In this document: positions 35,787 to 46,945 of the stretch, in pieces
Layout of the letters: the number at the start of each line of letters is the position of its first letter
Position numbering within the stretch: position 1 is the first letter of the stretch
DNA from: Vulcanimicrobiota bacterium
GTDB taxonomy: Bacteria; Vulcanimicrobiota; Vulcanimicrobiia; Vulcanimicrobiales; Vulcanimicrobiaceae
Reading direction: 5' to 3'
Length of the DNA stretch: 64,000 bases
NCBI GenBank assembly: GCA_963833095.1
Contig: CAWHWQ010000002.1
Location: 1 to 64,000 of the forward strand
Notes under the pieces: model-generated
What the model was told of the DNA's origin: nothing
Database searches by the model: none
Seen by the model: only the letters and a program-made list of their open reading frames with translations
Position numbers and translations under genes: made by a program

Positions 35787-36818
35787 TTAAAAGCGTACCC
35801 GAAATTCACGCTCGCCGAAAGCGGCAACGTCTGCAAGAATCGCCTCACCCTCGATCGCGGCGTCACCTTCCACCTCCCGCATCCGCGCGCCGCAGCGCAG
35901 CCGCATCGCTCGAGGTGCCCCGTCGACCTCGCGCACGCGCACGATAACGCCGTCGCCGTGCGCGTCCGGCCTGCAGGCCACGATTCGGATCGCCCGGTCG
36001 TCGCTCGTGAAAAGTCGCACGCGCGGTTCGTAGGCAAAGTCTTCGTAGGCTGCTTCAAGCGCCCCCAGAGAGACGCCGGGTTCAAACGGCGCAAAAGCCC
36101 ACGCAAGCTGCGCCTGACCGCCGTCGTGGAGCAGCGATACGCGAAGATGCATCCCACCCTTGCGCAGCGGCTGCGATGTCCAGCCCAGCGGATCGAGCGC
36201 AAAGAGCGCGAGGCCGGCGCGCTCATCGCTCAGCGCGGCAAAGTGTCGGTCTGCGCCATAACGCACCTCGCCGGCTTGGATCGCGACCCAGCTTTCGAGC
36301 GCGAGCGTTGCGCGCGACGTTTTCCAATCGACCGCGCAAGCGACGCGCACAAACGGTTCGCCGCGACGCACTTCGATCGACATCGTCGCGGGCGACGAAC
36401 CGGTCAAAAAGCGCACCTCGATACGATCGTCGTGCAATTGGAATCCCGTCGGGCGAACACGCAAGCGCCAGCCTTTGGGAAAATCACGATGAGCCGTTAG
36501 CAAGTTCGCCTGCGCGATTGGAACGCGCGTGCGCGGCGACGCAAGGTCGAGCAACGCCCCGCTTTGGTTGAACGACGCCTGCACCAGCCCGTTATCAAAG
36601 CGCACGTCGTCGCCGTCGCGCAGCGGACGGCTCGGCTCGGGCAGACGCATATTCGGAGCGCGCGGCAACATTGCGCTCGCGGCCTTATCGACGACGTCCA
36701 ACTGACCGTCCGCGAGCGCAGCACGTAGTCGATCGACGAGTTCGCGCGGACCGTGGACCGCGATACACCACGCGAGCTTTTCCTCGACGGCGGCGAGCTC
36801 ACGTGATGAGGGAGGCAC
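35787..36818 (-). CDS. Protein resembling only the C-terminal part of a GH38 alpha-mannosidase
   Basis: FDNGLVQASF, VDWK, LRVSLL, VIVRVRE, FGEREF pattern; GTG overlaps the upstream stop; no catalytic N-terminal domain visible. Confidence 0.55.
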   Translation of the reverse strand: MPPSSRELAAVEEKLAWCIAVHGPRELVDRLRAALADGQLDVVDKAASAMLPRAPNMRLPEPSRPLRDGDDVRFDNGLVQASFNQSGALLDLASPRTRVPIAQANLLTAHRDFPKGWRLRVRPTGFQLHDDRIEVRFLTGSSPATMSIEVRRGEPFVRVACAVDWKTSRATLALESWVAIQAGEVRYGADRHFAALSDERAGLALFALDPLGWTSQPLRKGGMHLRVSLLHDGGQAQLAWAFAPFEPGVSLGALEAAYEDFAYEPRVRLFTSDDRAIRIVACRPDAHGDGVIVRVREVDGAPRAMRLRCGARMREVEGDAAIEGEAILADVAAFGEREFRVRF

Positions 36819-37714
36819 TAAGAGATGGTGATACTCTGGCCCGGATGCATCACCGTCACCTTTGTCTGCGGTGATGTCTTGGCAACCGCGGCGGCAAACT
36901 GATCGCCGGCGTGGATGCCGAGCACCAGCGGATTGTGCGCGTAGTGCACGGGCACGGCGTGCGAGACACCGAAGGCCTTGCATGTCATCGCTGCATCGCT
37001 GGGTCCCATCGTAAAGGCGCCGTTCCCGGTGCAAACGACAGCAATCTGCGGCTTGTAGCGTTTGCCGAGGTCGTGCATATCACCGAAGTAGTCGGTGTCC
37101 CCGGAGGCGTAGACGCGCGTCGAGCCGATATCGAGGATGAATCCGGCCGGCGGATAGCCGAGCGCAGTCGAATGGATCGCGGGAACGAGCCACGCGTGGA
37201 TCGTGCCATGCGCCGTCTCGCCGCCGAAGTTCATGCCCGCCCCCTTATTCGCGACGAGCGTCGCCATGTCGAGGTTCGCCGCCTTGAATTTCGGCACGAG
37301 CCCAACGCGCATCAGATCGCTTTGGCCCGTCGTCATCACCGGTAAGCCGGCCGCGACCAGCGCAGGCAGCAGCTCGAAATAGTCGCCCATATGATCGCCG
37401 TGATCGTGGGTCAGCGCCACGAGCACGTATTGCGGGTTGCGCGATTTCAGATGGGCCGCATAGGCAGCCGCGCTTTGCAGCTCGGGCGGCTTCTCAATGC
37501 CGAATGCGGTCCAACCGGTATTGTTCCAGATCCAGGCATCGACCAGAACAATCGCACTGTCGTCGGGCGTGGAGAGCTCGTAGACGCCCCCGCCGAACCA
37601 GCGCATCTTCAGCTTTCCGCCGGGTGAGGCGGCCGCAGCGACTTCGCTCGATGTCGCAGCCCCAATTGCACCAGCGACCGCACTGGCGGCCAAAAAATCG
37701 CCCCGAGACACCAT
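36818..37714 (-). CDS. Tat-exported MBL-fold metallohydrolase
   Basis: MVSRGDFL signal-like start; THDHGDH, YASGDT, PVHY. Confidence 0.88.
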   Translation of the reverse strand: MVSRGDFLAASAVAGAIGAATSSEVAAAASPGGKLKMRWFGGGVYELSTPDDSAIVLVDAWIWNNTGWTAFGIEKPPELQSAAAYAAHLKSRNPQYVLVALTHDHGDHMGDYFELLPALVAAGLPVMTTGQSDLMRVGLVPKFKAANLDMATLVANKGAGMNFGGETAHGTIHAWLVPAIHSTALGYPPAGFILDIGSTRVYASGDTDYFGDMHDLGKRYKPQIAVVCTGNGAFTMGPSDAAMTCKAFGVSHAVPVHYAHNPLVLGIHAGDQFAAAVAKTSPQTKVTVMHPGQSITIS

Positions 37715-39766
37715 TATACGAGCTCCTTCAGCGCAGTGTTGAAGATCTTCGGCGCTTTGCCTTGGAAGAGCAGCGACTCGTTGCCGCCGATCTGCTCTGC
37801 GCAGTTCGATCAGCTCGTCGCGCAGCGCCGCGGCCTTCTCGAACTCGAGGTTGGCGGCATACTCGCGCATCTTCCTCTCGATGTCGGTGGCCATCCGCAT
37901 GCGCGACGTCGCGCGGGAGTCTTGTCCGACGCGACGGCGGCGGCGGTCTCCTCGGTGGCGCCGACCATGCTCGAGGATGTCGCGCACTTCCTTGCGGATG
38001 GACGCGGCTCGATGCCGTGCTCGAGGTTGTAGGCGACCTGCCGCTCGCGCCGGCGCTTGGTCTCGCCGAGCGCGCGCGCCATCGATTCGGTCACGACGTC
38101 GGCGTACATGATCACCTTGCCCTCGACGTTGCGCGCCGCGCGGCCGATCGTCTGGATCAGCGACGTGCCGCTGCGCAGATAGCCTTCCTTGTCGGCATCG
38201 AGGATGCCGACGAGCGAGACCTCGGGCAGGTCGAGGCCTTCGCGCAAGCAGATTGATGCCGACCAGCACGTCGAAGACGCCCATGCGCAAGTCGCGCAGG
38301 ATCGCGATGCGCTCGAGCGTCTCGACCTCGCTGTGCAGGTAGCGCACTTTGAGGCCGTTCTCGAGCAAGATAGTCGGTGAGGTCTTCGGCCATCTTCTTG
38401 GTGAGCGTCGTGACCAGCACGCGCTCGTTGCTGTCGGCGCGCTGGCGAATTTCTTCCATCAGATCGTCGACCTGATTGCGGGTCGGGCGCACCTCGACTT
38501 CCGGATCGACCAGGCCGGTCGGCCGAATGATCATCTCGACGATCTTGCGCGCTGCGACCGATCTCGTACGTGCCCGGCGTCGCCGAGACGTAGATGACTT
38601 GATTGATGTGCTCGTCGAACTCGTCGTAGGTGAGCGGGCGGTTGTCGAGCGCGCTCGGCAGGCGGAAGCCGTGCTCGACCAGCGATTTGCTTGCGCGAGC
38701 GGTCGCCGCCGTACATGCCGTGGACCTGCGGCATCGTGACGTGCGACTCGTCGACGAACAGCAGCCAGTCCTTCGGGAAGAAGTCGAGCAGACACCACGG
38801 CGTCGAGCCGGCTTCGCGCCCGGCCAGATGGCGCGAGTAGTTCTCGACGCCGTTGCAGTAGCCGACCTCGCGCAGCATGTCGAGATCGTAGCGCGTGCGC
38901 ATCTCCAGGCGCTGCGCTTCGAGCAGCTTGCCGTGCTCTTTGAAATACCTCAGCCGTTCGTCGAGCTCGATCTCGATCGCGTCGATCGCGCGCCGCAGCT
39001 TCTCGTCCGGCGTGATGAAGTGCTTGGCCGGGAAGATCAGTCAGCTCGTCCTTGCTCTCGACGTACTCGCCGGTGAGCAGGTTGACGACGTTGATCGCCT
39101 CGATCGTGATCGCCGAAGAACTCGATGCGATGCACCAGCTCTTCGTCGACGCCGACGAACTCGAGCATGTCGCCGCGCACGCGGAACGTTCCGCGCACGA
39201 GGTTGAGGTCGTTGCGGCGGTACTGCATGTCGATCAGCTTGCGCAGAAGCGCGTCGCGGTCGATCTCGTCGCCGACGTGGATCTTGGCCGACATCTCCAT
39301 GTAATCGGAGGGCGAACCCAAGCCGTAGATGCACGAGACCGAGGCGACGATCAAGCGTATCGGGCCGCGTCAGCAGCGATTGCGTCGCCGAATGGCGCAG
39401 GCGCTCGATCTCCTCGTTGATCGAGGAGTCTTTCTCGATGTAGGTGTCGGTCGAGGCGACGTACGCTTCGGGCTGATAGTAGTCGAAGTACGAGACGAAA
39501 TACTCGACCGCGTTGTTGGGAAAAAAGTCGCGGAACTCGGCGCACAGCTGGGCGGCGAGCGTCTTGTTGTGGCACAGCACCAGCGTCGGCTTTTGCACCA
39601 GCTCGACCACGCGCGCCATCGCCATGGTTTTGCCGCTCCCGGTGACGCCGAGCAGCGTCTGCGCGCGGTCGCCGCGCAGGACGCCTTCGGCCAGCGCGTC
39701 GGTCGCCTCGGGTTGGTCGCCGGCAAGCGGATACGGAGCGACGAGTTCGAAGCGTTGGGTGGCCAT
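37714..39766 (-). CDS. uvrB: Excinuclease ABC subunit B (apparent indels)
   Basis: [49 protein letters not shown]. Confidence 0.97.
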
Positions 39767-39877
39767 GGCGTTTCCTTTTGATGCCGAAATTAGGGGGCCG
39801 GGTTGCACCCTATGGGGGAGCGAGCCCAAGGCTCGCGAACTTTGCCCATCCGCCGGTAGCCCTGGAGAAGCACCCCG

Positions 39878-40914
39878 TTGAGCCACAATCCCCTGATTTT
39901 CAGCGGCAACTCGAACCCCGCGCTGGCCGAGGAAATCGCCAAGCGGCTAAAGATGCACGTGGGCAAGTCGTTGTCGACAAGTTCAAGAACGAAGAGACGC
40001 GCGTCGAGATCGGCGAGAACGTCCGCGGTTCGGAAGTCTTCGTCGTTCAGTCGATCTGCAAAGCGGCTGACGGTCGCATCGGCGTCAACGACGCGTTCAT
40101 GGAGTTGCTGCTGATGATCGACGCGCTGCGCCGCGCGTCGGCCGCCCGCATCACCGCCGTGATCCCTTACTACGGCTACGCCAAGCAAGACAAGAAGACC
40201 AAAGGCCGCGAGCCGATCTCGGCCAAGGTCGTCGCCAATCTGCTCAAGGTCAGCGGCGCCAAGCGTATCGTGACGATGGATCTGCACGCCGCGCAAATCC
40301 AAGGGTTCTTCGATATCCCGGTCGACAACCTCATGGCGATGCCGGTCCTGTGCAACTACTTGAAGGACAACAAGCTCTGTGAGGACCGCGTCGTCGTGGT
40401 CTCTCCGGACGCCGGCGGCGTGCACCGCGCCGAACTCTTCGCCAAGCGCCTGCAAAGCTCGCTGGCGATCGTCTTCAAGCGCCGTCCCGAGCCCGACGTC
40501 TCGGAAGTCACCGACATCGTCGGCGACGTGAAGGGGAAGATCGCGGTCGTCGTCGACGACATGATCTCGACCGGCGGCACGCTCGCGAAAGCCGCCGAAG
40601 CGATCAAAGCGCGCGGCGCAACGCAGGTCTACACCGTCGCTACGCACGGCATCTTCGCCGGCGACGCGATGCGCGTGCTCGAAGAATCGGAGATCGAGCG
40701 CGTGATCGTCACCAACACGATTCCGTTCGCGGTAGGCGAGAAGTACACGAAATTCGAGCAGCTCTCGATCGCCCAAACGTTCGCCGATACGATCAGCCGC
40801 ATCACCACCAATCGCTCGGTCTCGGCACTCTTCGATGGCGAGGAGGGAACGACTCAGCCGGAACCGGGTCCGGGCGAAACCGCCGCCGCGCTCATCGAAG
40901 CCGCTACCGCATAG
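39878..40914 (+). CDS. prs: Ribose-phosphate pyrophosphokinase (one apparent indel near 39970)
   Basis: [45 protein letters not shown]. Confidence 0.96.
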
Positions 40915-40959
40915 ACGATTCGGCCGCATCGTGCGGCTACAACTGGAGAAATTTGCTAC

Positions 40960-41616
40960 ATGTCTTCCAAAGAGTTGAACCTCCCCATCGAACACCGGAC
41001 CAAGACCGGCACTACAGGCGCGCAGGCGCTGCGACGCGAGGGAAAAATTCCGGGCGTCCTCTACGGGCACGGCAGCGAGCCGCTGCACGTCGCGTTCGAA
41101 GCAAAGATTTTTGACGATTTATTGCATCACGGCGCGCGTAACGGCGTCGTCACGCTCACGCTCAACGGGAAAAAGGCGGATACGGTGCTCGTGCGAGACG
41201 TCGCGCGCAATCCGGTTTCACGCAAAATCATGCACGTTGATTTGCAACGCGTCTCGGAACACGAGGCTGTGCGCACGACGATCCCGCTCGTGATGGTTGG
41301 TATCCCGCGCGGCGTGCGCGAATTTGGCGGCGTGATGGATGTGATCGTGCACGAAATCGAAGTCGAGGGCCCGGTCGATCAACTGCCCGACCATTTCGAG
41401 GTCGATGTCACGGATCTCGGGATTCATCAACACGTCGTAGCGTCCGACATCAAACTACCGCCGGGATTCAAGCTTCTCGAAGCCCCCGACATGCTCGTGG
41501 TCTCCGTTGAAGCATCGAAGACAGAAAAGGCTATCGAAGATGCTGCCTCCGGCGCAGCGGCTGAACAAGCCACGCCCGAAGTGATTGGCGGGACGCCCGA
41601 GAGCGAATCACAATAG
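40960..41616 (+). CDS. rplY: 50S ribosomal protein L25/Ctc
   Basis: LRREGKIPGVLYG, IMHVDLQRV, C-terminal beta domain. Confidence 0.96.
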   Translation: MSSKELNLPIEHRTKTGTTGAQALRREGKIPGVLYGHGSEPLHVAFEAKIFDDLLHHGARNGVVTLTLNGKKADTVLVRDVARNPVSRKIMHVDLQRVSEHEAVRTTIPLVMVGIPRGVREFGGVMDVIVHEIEVEGPVDQLPDHFEVDVTDLGIHQHVVASDIKLPPGFKLLEAPDMLVVSVEASKTEKAIEDAASGAAAEQATPEVIGGTPESESQ

Positions 41617-42200
41617 GCGAGCAAGAGGCACCCAAGCTCGTCGTCGGGCTGGGAAATCCGGGCGACGAATACAAGAGAACCCGGCACAATGCCGGGTTCA
41701 TGGTTGTCGACGAGGTCGCAGCGCGCTACGGTCTTTCGTCGTGGAAGACCAAGGACAGCGCGCGGCAGATCTTCGACTCGCGGCGGCGCGTCGTGCTGGT
41801 CGAGCCGACGTCGTTTATGAACCTCTCGGGCACGCCGGTGCGCCTGATTTCGTCGTGGTATCGCACACCGCCCGAGGGCGTGCTCGTCGTCGTCGACGAC
41901 ATGGATCTCCCATTCGGAAGCCTACGCATGCGGCCGTTCGGCGGTCATGGCGGACACAACGGCTTACGCTCGATCATCGCGACCATCGGAGATCGCTTCC
42001 CGCGTCTGCGCATCGGCGTCGGCCGCCCCGAACACGAATCGATCGATCACGTTCTCAGCCCCTTTAGCACACAAGAGCGCGAAGTGCTACCGCACATCAT
42101 CGGGGCTGCCGCCGACGGTGCGCAGCTCTGGCTCGATGACGGCCTCGAAGCCGCGATGCAGTTTGTGAACAATTGGGTACAAGGAGCCGATAACAAGTAA
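41613..42200 (+). CDS. pth: Peptidyl-tRNA hydrolase
   Basis: LVVGLGNPG..TRHNAGF, FMNLSG, GGHNGLRS, RLRIGVGRP; likely start is ATA at 41613. Confidence 0.95.
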   Translation: MGEQEAPKLVVGLGNPGDEYKRTRHNAGFMVVDEVAARYGLSSWKTKDSARQIFDSRRRVVLVEPTSFMNLSGTPVRLISSWYRTPPEGVLVVVDDMDLPFGSLRMRPFGGHGGHNGLRSIIATIGDRFPRLRIGVGRPEHESIDHVLSPFSTQEREVLPHIIGAAADGAQLWLDDGLEAAMQFVNNWVQGADNK

Positions 42201-42213
42201 CAACGACAGGGAG

Positions 42214-42888
42214 GTGAGCGCAGCGAGCGAGTTTAGCGGAAAAACCTTCGTGGTTCGCGTCGACGACGCGACCGCGAACGATGTCGACGCGACGCTGGTC
42301 GCCGATCTCCAGGTGCTCGCGCGGCAGCACGTGCGGCCGATCGTCGTTGCCCCCGACGCGCAAGCGGCGCGAGCGATCGTGCGCGCGATCAACCGGAGCG
42401 CCAACATCGCGCTTACCTTGTGCGGTTCGGACGCCGCGCTTCTCCCAAGCACGCCCAGCGGTATCGGTCACGTGCAGACCCGCATTCTGCACACGCTGAC
42501 CGGCGCTGGATTCATCCCTGTTGTCGAGCCGACTGCATTTGCGCTATTCGGCGAGGATGAGGTGGTATTGGCCGATGACGTCGCCGCTGCGATCGCGGCG
42601 GCAACCGAAGCGACGCGCGCGATTTTCTTTCACCGGGCCGGCGGCGTAAACGATCCGCAGACACACCAGTTGATCGACGAACTTACTCCCGCCGAGGCGC
42701 TCGAACTAGCCGGCGACCCGCGCGTTGACGCCGACTTGCGCAACGCGATGCGCGCCGCAGCTATCGGCGTGCGCGGCGGCATTCCGAAAGCGCAGATCGT
42801 CGACGGACGCGTCGCGCACGCTGCGCTCGTCGAACTGTTCACGACGCAGCACCTTGGCACGCAAGTAACCGGCGGACTTATTCTCTAG
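42214..42888 (+). CDS. Degenerate acetylglutamate kinase-like protein
   Basis: GKTFVV, GFIPVV, ADDVAAAIA and IVDGRVAHAALVELFT..GT retained; KxGG and HGGG loops absent. Confidence 0.7.
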   Translation: MSAASEFSGKTFVVRVDDATANDVDATLVADLQVLARQHVRPIVVAPDAQAARAIVRAINRSANIALTLCGSDAALLPSTPSGIGHVQTRILHTLTGAGFIPVVEPTAFALFGEDEVVLADDVAAAIAAATEATRAIFFHRAGGVNDPQTHQLIDELTPAEALELAGDPRVDADLRNAMRAAAIGVRGGIPKAQIVDGRVAHAALVELFTTQHLGTQVTGGLIL

Positions 42889-42904
42889 ACATCCGCATCG
42901 TGGG

Positions 42905-44116
42905 CTACTGCGGGCAGGTCGACGGAATGCCGTTGATCTCAAAGACGCGAGTTGACGCGTCGTCCACTCGCTGCCGGAAAAGGCGCGCGACGATATCCGG
43001 GCACACTTCGTTGAGCGATTCGTCAGTAGCGCGGATGACATTGCGCACCGCGGTCGCGCGATCGATCGGCAATGTCAACGCGTAGCGATCGGCGCTGCGA
43101 GCGACACCGCGCAACACCGCATTTTCCACCGGTACAGCTACGAGATACAGCACCCCTATGAGCGCGCCTACGACGGCGAAACGTGAGACCGGGTCGTCGT
43201 CGCGGCGAAAACCGATCCGATCGGCGATAGCAACGGCAATCGCCGCGCCGAAGATCAGTAGGAGAGCATCGGTCAGCGCGACTTTCCATTGTGACCCGCT
43301 CGCGATATAGCCAAGCTCGCGCGCAACGACGTATTGCAATTCGCGCGAGCTCGTCACCCCGACGATCACGTCGCCGATCACGATGCGCTGCGAACCGCCC
43401 AGTCCGCTGACGTATGCGGTGCCGACGTGCGACCGGCGCCGCACCAATTCGACGACGGGCACGCTCGAATGCGCGGAACTCTCAATTGCTCGCACGCTCG
43501 CTATGCTCAAAGGGGGCATCGGAACGATGCGTTCAATGAGCCCAGCCCCAAACGGAGCGAGATAGGTCAGGCCGAAGCTCGCAGCGAGTATCGCCGAGAT
43601 CGTGTACAGGTACCATTGATGCGTCCGATCGACTAACCAGAGTACCGCTGCCGTGACCAAACCGATGGCCACCATCCAGAGCAACGTAACCGCCAGCCAA
43701 TCCGCGCCCCACGCGCGCAGCAACTGATCGTTCTGACTCATCGCGCGCTCGACGCGATAGAGATAGAAGGCCGGTAACAGCGCCGAGACACGAATCACAA
43801 GACCGAGGGAGGCACCGAACGCGAAGCGGACGATCGTTTCGTTGCGAAAACGCCGCCGCAGGGCGTCACGCACCGCCGCGGCTCGACCCGAACGCCAATA
43901 GTAGGCGAGCGCGAAAGCCGGGAGCAGCACCGCCAAAAACCAGCCGGGCAAAAACCAATGGACAAAGCGCAGCGCGGCAACTTGGCGATCTGGATCGACC
44001 AGCTGCGCCGCCGACTGCGAGAGAAGCATGTGGCTCGTAAGAGCGTCCACCCGATGATCGATCGCGTTCGGCCGTAGGACGATTGCGCTGAGGACGGCAT
44101 GCGGGGCAAGAGTCAC
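42905..44116 (-). CDS. M48/Ste24-like membrane protein with degenerate zinc motif
   Basis: AYVSGLGGSQRIVIGD; VVARELGY where HELGH is expected; ADRYAL. Confidence 0.75.
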   Translation of the reverse strand: MTLAPHAVLSAIVLRPNAIDHRVDALTSHMLLSQSAAQLVDPDRQVAALRFVHWFLPGWFLAVLLPAFALAYYWRSGRAAAVRDALRRRFRNETIVRFAFGASLGLVIRVSALLPAFYLYRVERAMSQNDQLLRAWGADWLAVTLLWMVAIGLVTAAVLWLVDRTHQWYLYTISAILAASFGLTYLAPFGAGLIERIVPMPPLSIASVRAIESSAHSSVPVVELVRRRSHVGTAYVSGLGGSQRIVIGDVIVGVTSSRELQYVVARELGYIASGSQWKVALTDALLLIFGAAIAVAIADRIGFRRDDDPVSRFAVVGALIGVLYLVAVPVENAVLRGVARSADRYALTLPIDRATAVRNVIRATDESLNEVCPDIVARLFRQRVDDASTRVFEINGIPSTCPQ

Positions 44117-44131
44117 CCCTGCCTGTTCGCC

Positions 44132-45259
44132 TCAAACCACGGAATCGCTTCCTACGCGTCCCTCCCGAAAAACCGCAAAGGTCGCGCCATTGACCGCGAA
44201 CGAGACGCGATCTCGTCCCGCGCGTTTGCTGTGGTACATCGCCGCATCCGCGATTTCGAGCAACTCGTTCGCGTCACGCGCATCATGCGGAAAGCTCGCT
44301 ACGCCGACGCTTGCGGTGATCGTCATCGGTATCCCAAAGTCATAGCGGCGCACAGCTTCGCAGAAGGTCTGCGCGCGCTCGATCGCAACGGTCTTTTGCG
44401 CATCGTGCAGCAGCGCGCAGAACTCATCGCCGCCATTGCGGCCGGCCACGTCGACCTCGGGAACCCCCTGCATGCGCAACAGTTCAGCCATGCCTTGCAG
44501 CACCCCATCACCGGCCGCGTGCCCAAACGTGTCGTTCACGGATTTGAAGCGATCGGTATCGATAAACCATAGCGTCAAGACTGCGGCGGCCCCGAAGCGT
44601 GCGCGCGCGATCTCGCCACGCAAGCGGTTGCGAAAGGCGCGCGGCGTCAGCAATCCGGTCAAGCCGTCGTACGTCGCGTCGGCACGAGCGAGCTCACGCT
44701 CGAGCGCGATAACGTACGGCATTGCCGCGTGCTCGATCGTGCGGACGATGGTCTCCTCACCCATCAGTTCGTCGACGGCGGAGGATGAGGCATAGATGAC
44801 CGCGCGCAACCCGACGGCATCGGTCATGGGCACGGCAAGTGCGCAACGGTCCGTCGGCACGAGCACGCCGTCGGTTCCACTTGCGCGGTGACCAGCAAGC
44901 GCAGCCCGCGACGGCAAATAGTCGGAGGTGTCACGGCGCAGGCGCACGCCGGAATAATGTTCGACGCGTGCGCCGTCGGCATAGACACATTCGAGCTCTT
45001 CGCCGTTCGGCGTGAGCGCTAACACGGCATCGATCGCCGAATCGTGCTGCCGAATCACTTGCGCAAGCGCTTCGATCACCGCGTCGCTCGATCGCCGCGA
45101 GGCATCGAGCAAAATATGCAAGGCACCGAGCACGAATTCTTCTCGCTCGCGAACCACATCCACGTTGGAACGCTGCGCGCGCACCTCGGCATGCGCTTTG
45201 AACGCGACCGATCCGAGGATCGCGCATGTGAGGAAGGCGACGACGATCGCGATGGTCAT
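44132..45259 (-). CDS. Diguanylate cyclase with GAF-like domain
   Basis: DGLTGL, DTDRFKSVNDTFGHAAGD, GGDEF, ADAAMY. Confidence 0.95.
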   Translation of the reverse strand: MTIAIVVAFLTCAILGSVAFKAHAEVRAQRSNVDVVREREEFVLGALHILLDASRRSSDAVIEALAQVIRQHDSAIDAVLALTPNGEELECVYADGARVEHYSGVRLRRDTSDYLPSRAALAGHRASGTDGVLVPTDRCALAVPMTDAVGLRAVIYASSSAVDELMGEETIVRTIEHAAMPYVIALERELARADATYDGLTGLLTPRAFRNRLRGEIARARFGAAAVLTLWFIDTDRFKSVNDTFGHAAGDGVLQGMAELLRMQGVPEVDVAGRNGGDEFCALLHDAQKTVAIERAQTFCEAVRRYDFGIPMTITASVGVASFPHDARDANELLEIADAAMYHSKRAGRDRVSFAVNGATFAVFREGRVGSDSVV

Positions 45260-45319
45260 ACGGCTCTATCGGATGAGTGCCCTGCGCCTCTGAGAAGAGG
45301 ACCTCGCACGGCGTCGAAG

Positions 45320-46762
45320 GTGAGGATCGTGCTCGATCCCAAAGATTGGCCTGCCTTTCGCCTCTTCAGCCATGCCGCACTCGACGACGCGCTCGATTAT
45401 CTCGAGACGCTGCGCGAACGTCCGGCTTGGCAAGAGATGCCCGACGAGATCCAGGCACGCCTGAATGAACCCCTGCCCACCGAGCCGACGCCGCTCGATG
45501 ATGTGTACCGCACGTTCGTCGATTCGATCTTGCCGTACGCCAGCGGCAACACGCATCCGCGTTTCTTCGGCTGGGTGCAAGGCGCGGGTACGCCGACCGG
45601 CGTCATCGCCGAATTGCTCGCTGCGACGATGAACCCCAACGTCGGCGGGCGCAACCACGGCGCGGTGTTCGTCGAGCGCGCGGTGCTGCGCTGGTTCTGC
45701 GAGCTCTTCGGCTTGCCCCAGGCCGCGAGCGGCGTGCTGACCGTGGGTGCATCGGCAGCAAACCTCATCGCGGTGCTGGTGGCGCGCACGCGAGCGCTCG
45801 GCCCGCAAGTGCGCGAGCAGGGTGTCACGCGCGAAGGCGGCCGCTTGATCGGCTATGCGTCGTCGGCGACGCATAGCTGCGTACGACGCGCATTTGAAGT
45901 GAGTGGCCTTGGAAGTGGTTCGCTGCGCATCCTCCCGACCGATTCGTTGCATCGCGTCGATCCCGGTGCGCTTGCGCGCGCGGTCGCCGAAGACCGTGCC
46001 GCGGGAAATCGCCCGTTCATGCTGATCGGCAATGCGGGAACCGTCGACGTCGGCGCGATCGATGCGCTCGACGAGCTTGCAACGTTTGCGCAGCGCGAAG
46101 GGCTCTGGTATCACGTCGACGGCGCTCTCGGCGCACCGGCGATGCTGGCGCCCTCCCTTGCCTCGCGCTTTCGCGGCATCGAGGGTGCCGACTCGATCGC
46201 CTTCGACTTTCACAAATGGCTGCAAGTTCCGTACGACGCTGGCGCGCTGCTGGTGCGGGACGGGGAGTTGCATCGCGAGACCTTCGCCTCGACGCCGAGC
46301 TATCTCACGCGCATGCCTCGCGGACTCGCCAGCGCGCAGCCCTGGTTCACGGACTTTACCGTCGATCTCTCGCGCGGCTTTCGCGCGCTCAAGATTTGGT
46401 TCACGATCAAGGAGCACGGAGCGAAGGGCCTCGGTGCGGCGATCGAGGCCAACGTGCGCCAGGCGCGCCTGCTCGGCGACTTGATCGACGCCGACCGCGA
46501 CTTCGAACTGCTCGCGCCGGTGCAGTTAAACATCGTGTGCTTTCGCTTCCGCAGCGCCGACCTCGATGAACACGAACTCGACCGGTTCAACGACGAACTG
46601 GTGATTGCGCTGCAGGAGAGTGGTGAAGCAGTGGCCTCGTCGACGACGGTGGGCACGCATCGCGCCATTCGCATCTGCATCGTCAATCACCGCACAACCG
46701 AAGCAGATCTCGTCCAGACGCTCGACGCGATCAAGCGGATCGCGGTAACGATGAGGGTCTAA
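45320..46762 (+). CDS. Group II PLP-dependent amino acid decarboxylase
   Basis: HPRFFGWV, HVDGA, ADSIAFDFHKW, SRGFRALK, LNIVCFR. Confidence 0.93.
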   Translation: MRIVLDPKDWPAFRLFSHAALDDALDYLETLRERPAWQEMPDEIQARLNEPLPTEPTPLDDVYRTFVDSILPYASGNTHPRFFGWVQGAGTPTGVIAELLAATMNPNVGGRNHGAVFVERAVLRWFCELFGLPQAASGVLTVGASAANLIAVLVARTRALGPQVREQGVTREGGRLIGYASSATHSCVRRAFEVSGLGSGSLRILPTDSLHRVDPGALARAVAEDRAAGNRPFMLIGNAGTVDVGAIDALDELATFAQREGLWYHVDGALGAPAMLAPSLASRFRGIEGADSIAFDFHKWLQVPYDAGALLVRDGELHRETFASTPSYLTRMPRGLASAQPWFTDFTVDLSRGFRALKIWFTIKEHGAKGLGAAIEANVRQARLLGDLIDADRDFELLAPVQLNIVCFRFRSADLDEHELDRFNDELVIALQESGEAVASSTTVGTHRAIRICIVNHRTTEADLVQTLDAIKRIAVTMRV

Positions 46763-46945
46763 CGTCAGCCGAGGTGACTCTTCGAGCACCGGCACTAAAC
46801 CCACGTCGCACGCTGCGTGTGCGATGTCATGGGACTTTTTGCTCATAGCAGATTGAGAGGCGGCACCAATTCCGGTGGAGAACCCCAAAAGCAAACCGGC
46901 CGGTTTCTTTGCAACAACCGATATTGCAAGGAGCTACTAAAGGTG

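Noticed and set aside
36818..38368. UvrB-MBL hydrolase fusion suggested by the ORF track
   Set aside because: Artefact of uvrB indels; uvrB has its own TAA overlapping the hydrolase ATG at 37714.
39790..41088. Long antisense ORFs (also 45266-46417, 54121-55089, 19837-20742)
   Set aside because: Shadow frames of well-supported genes in high-GC DNA; no recognisable motifs.
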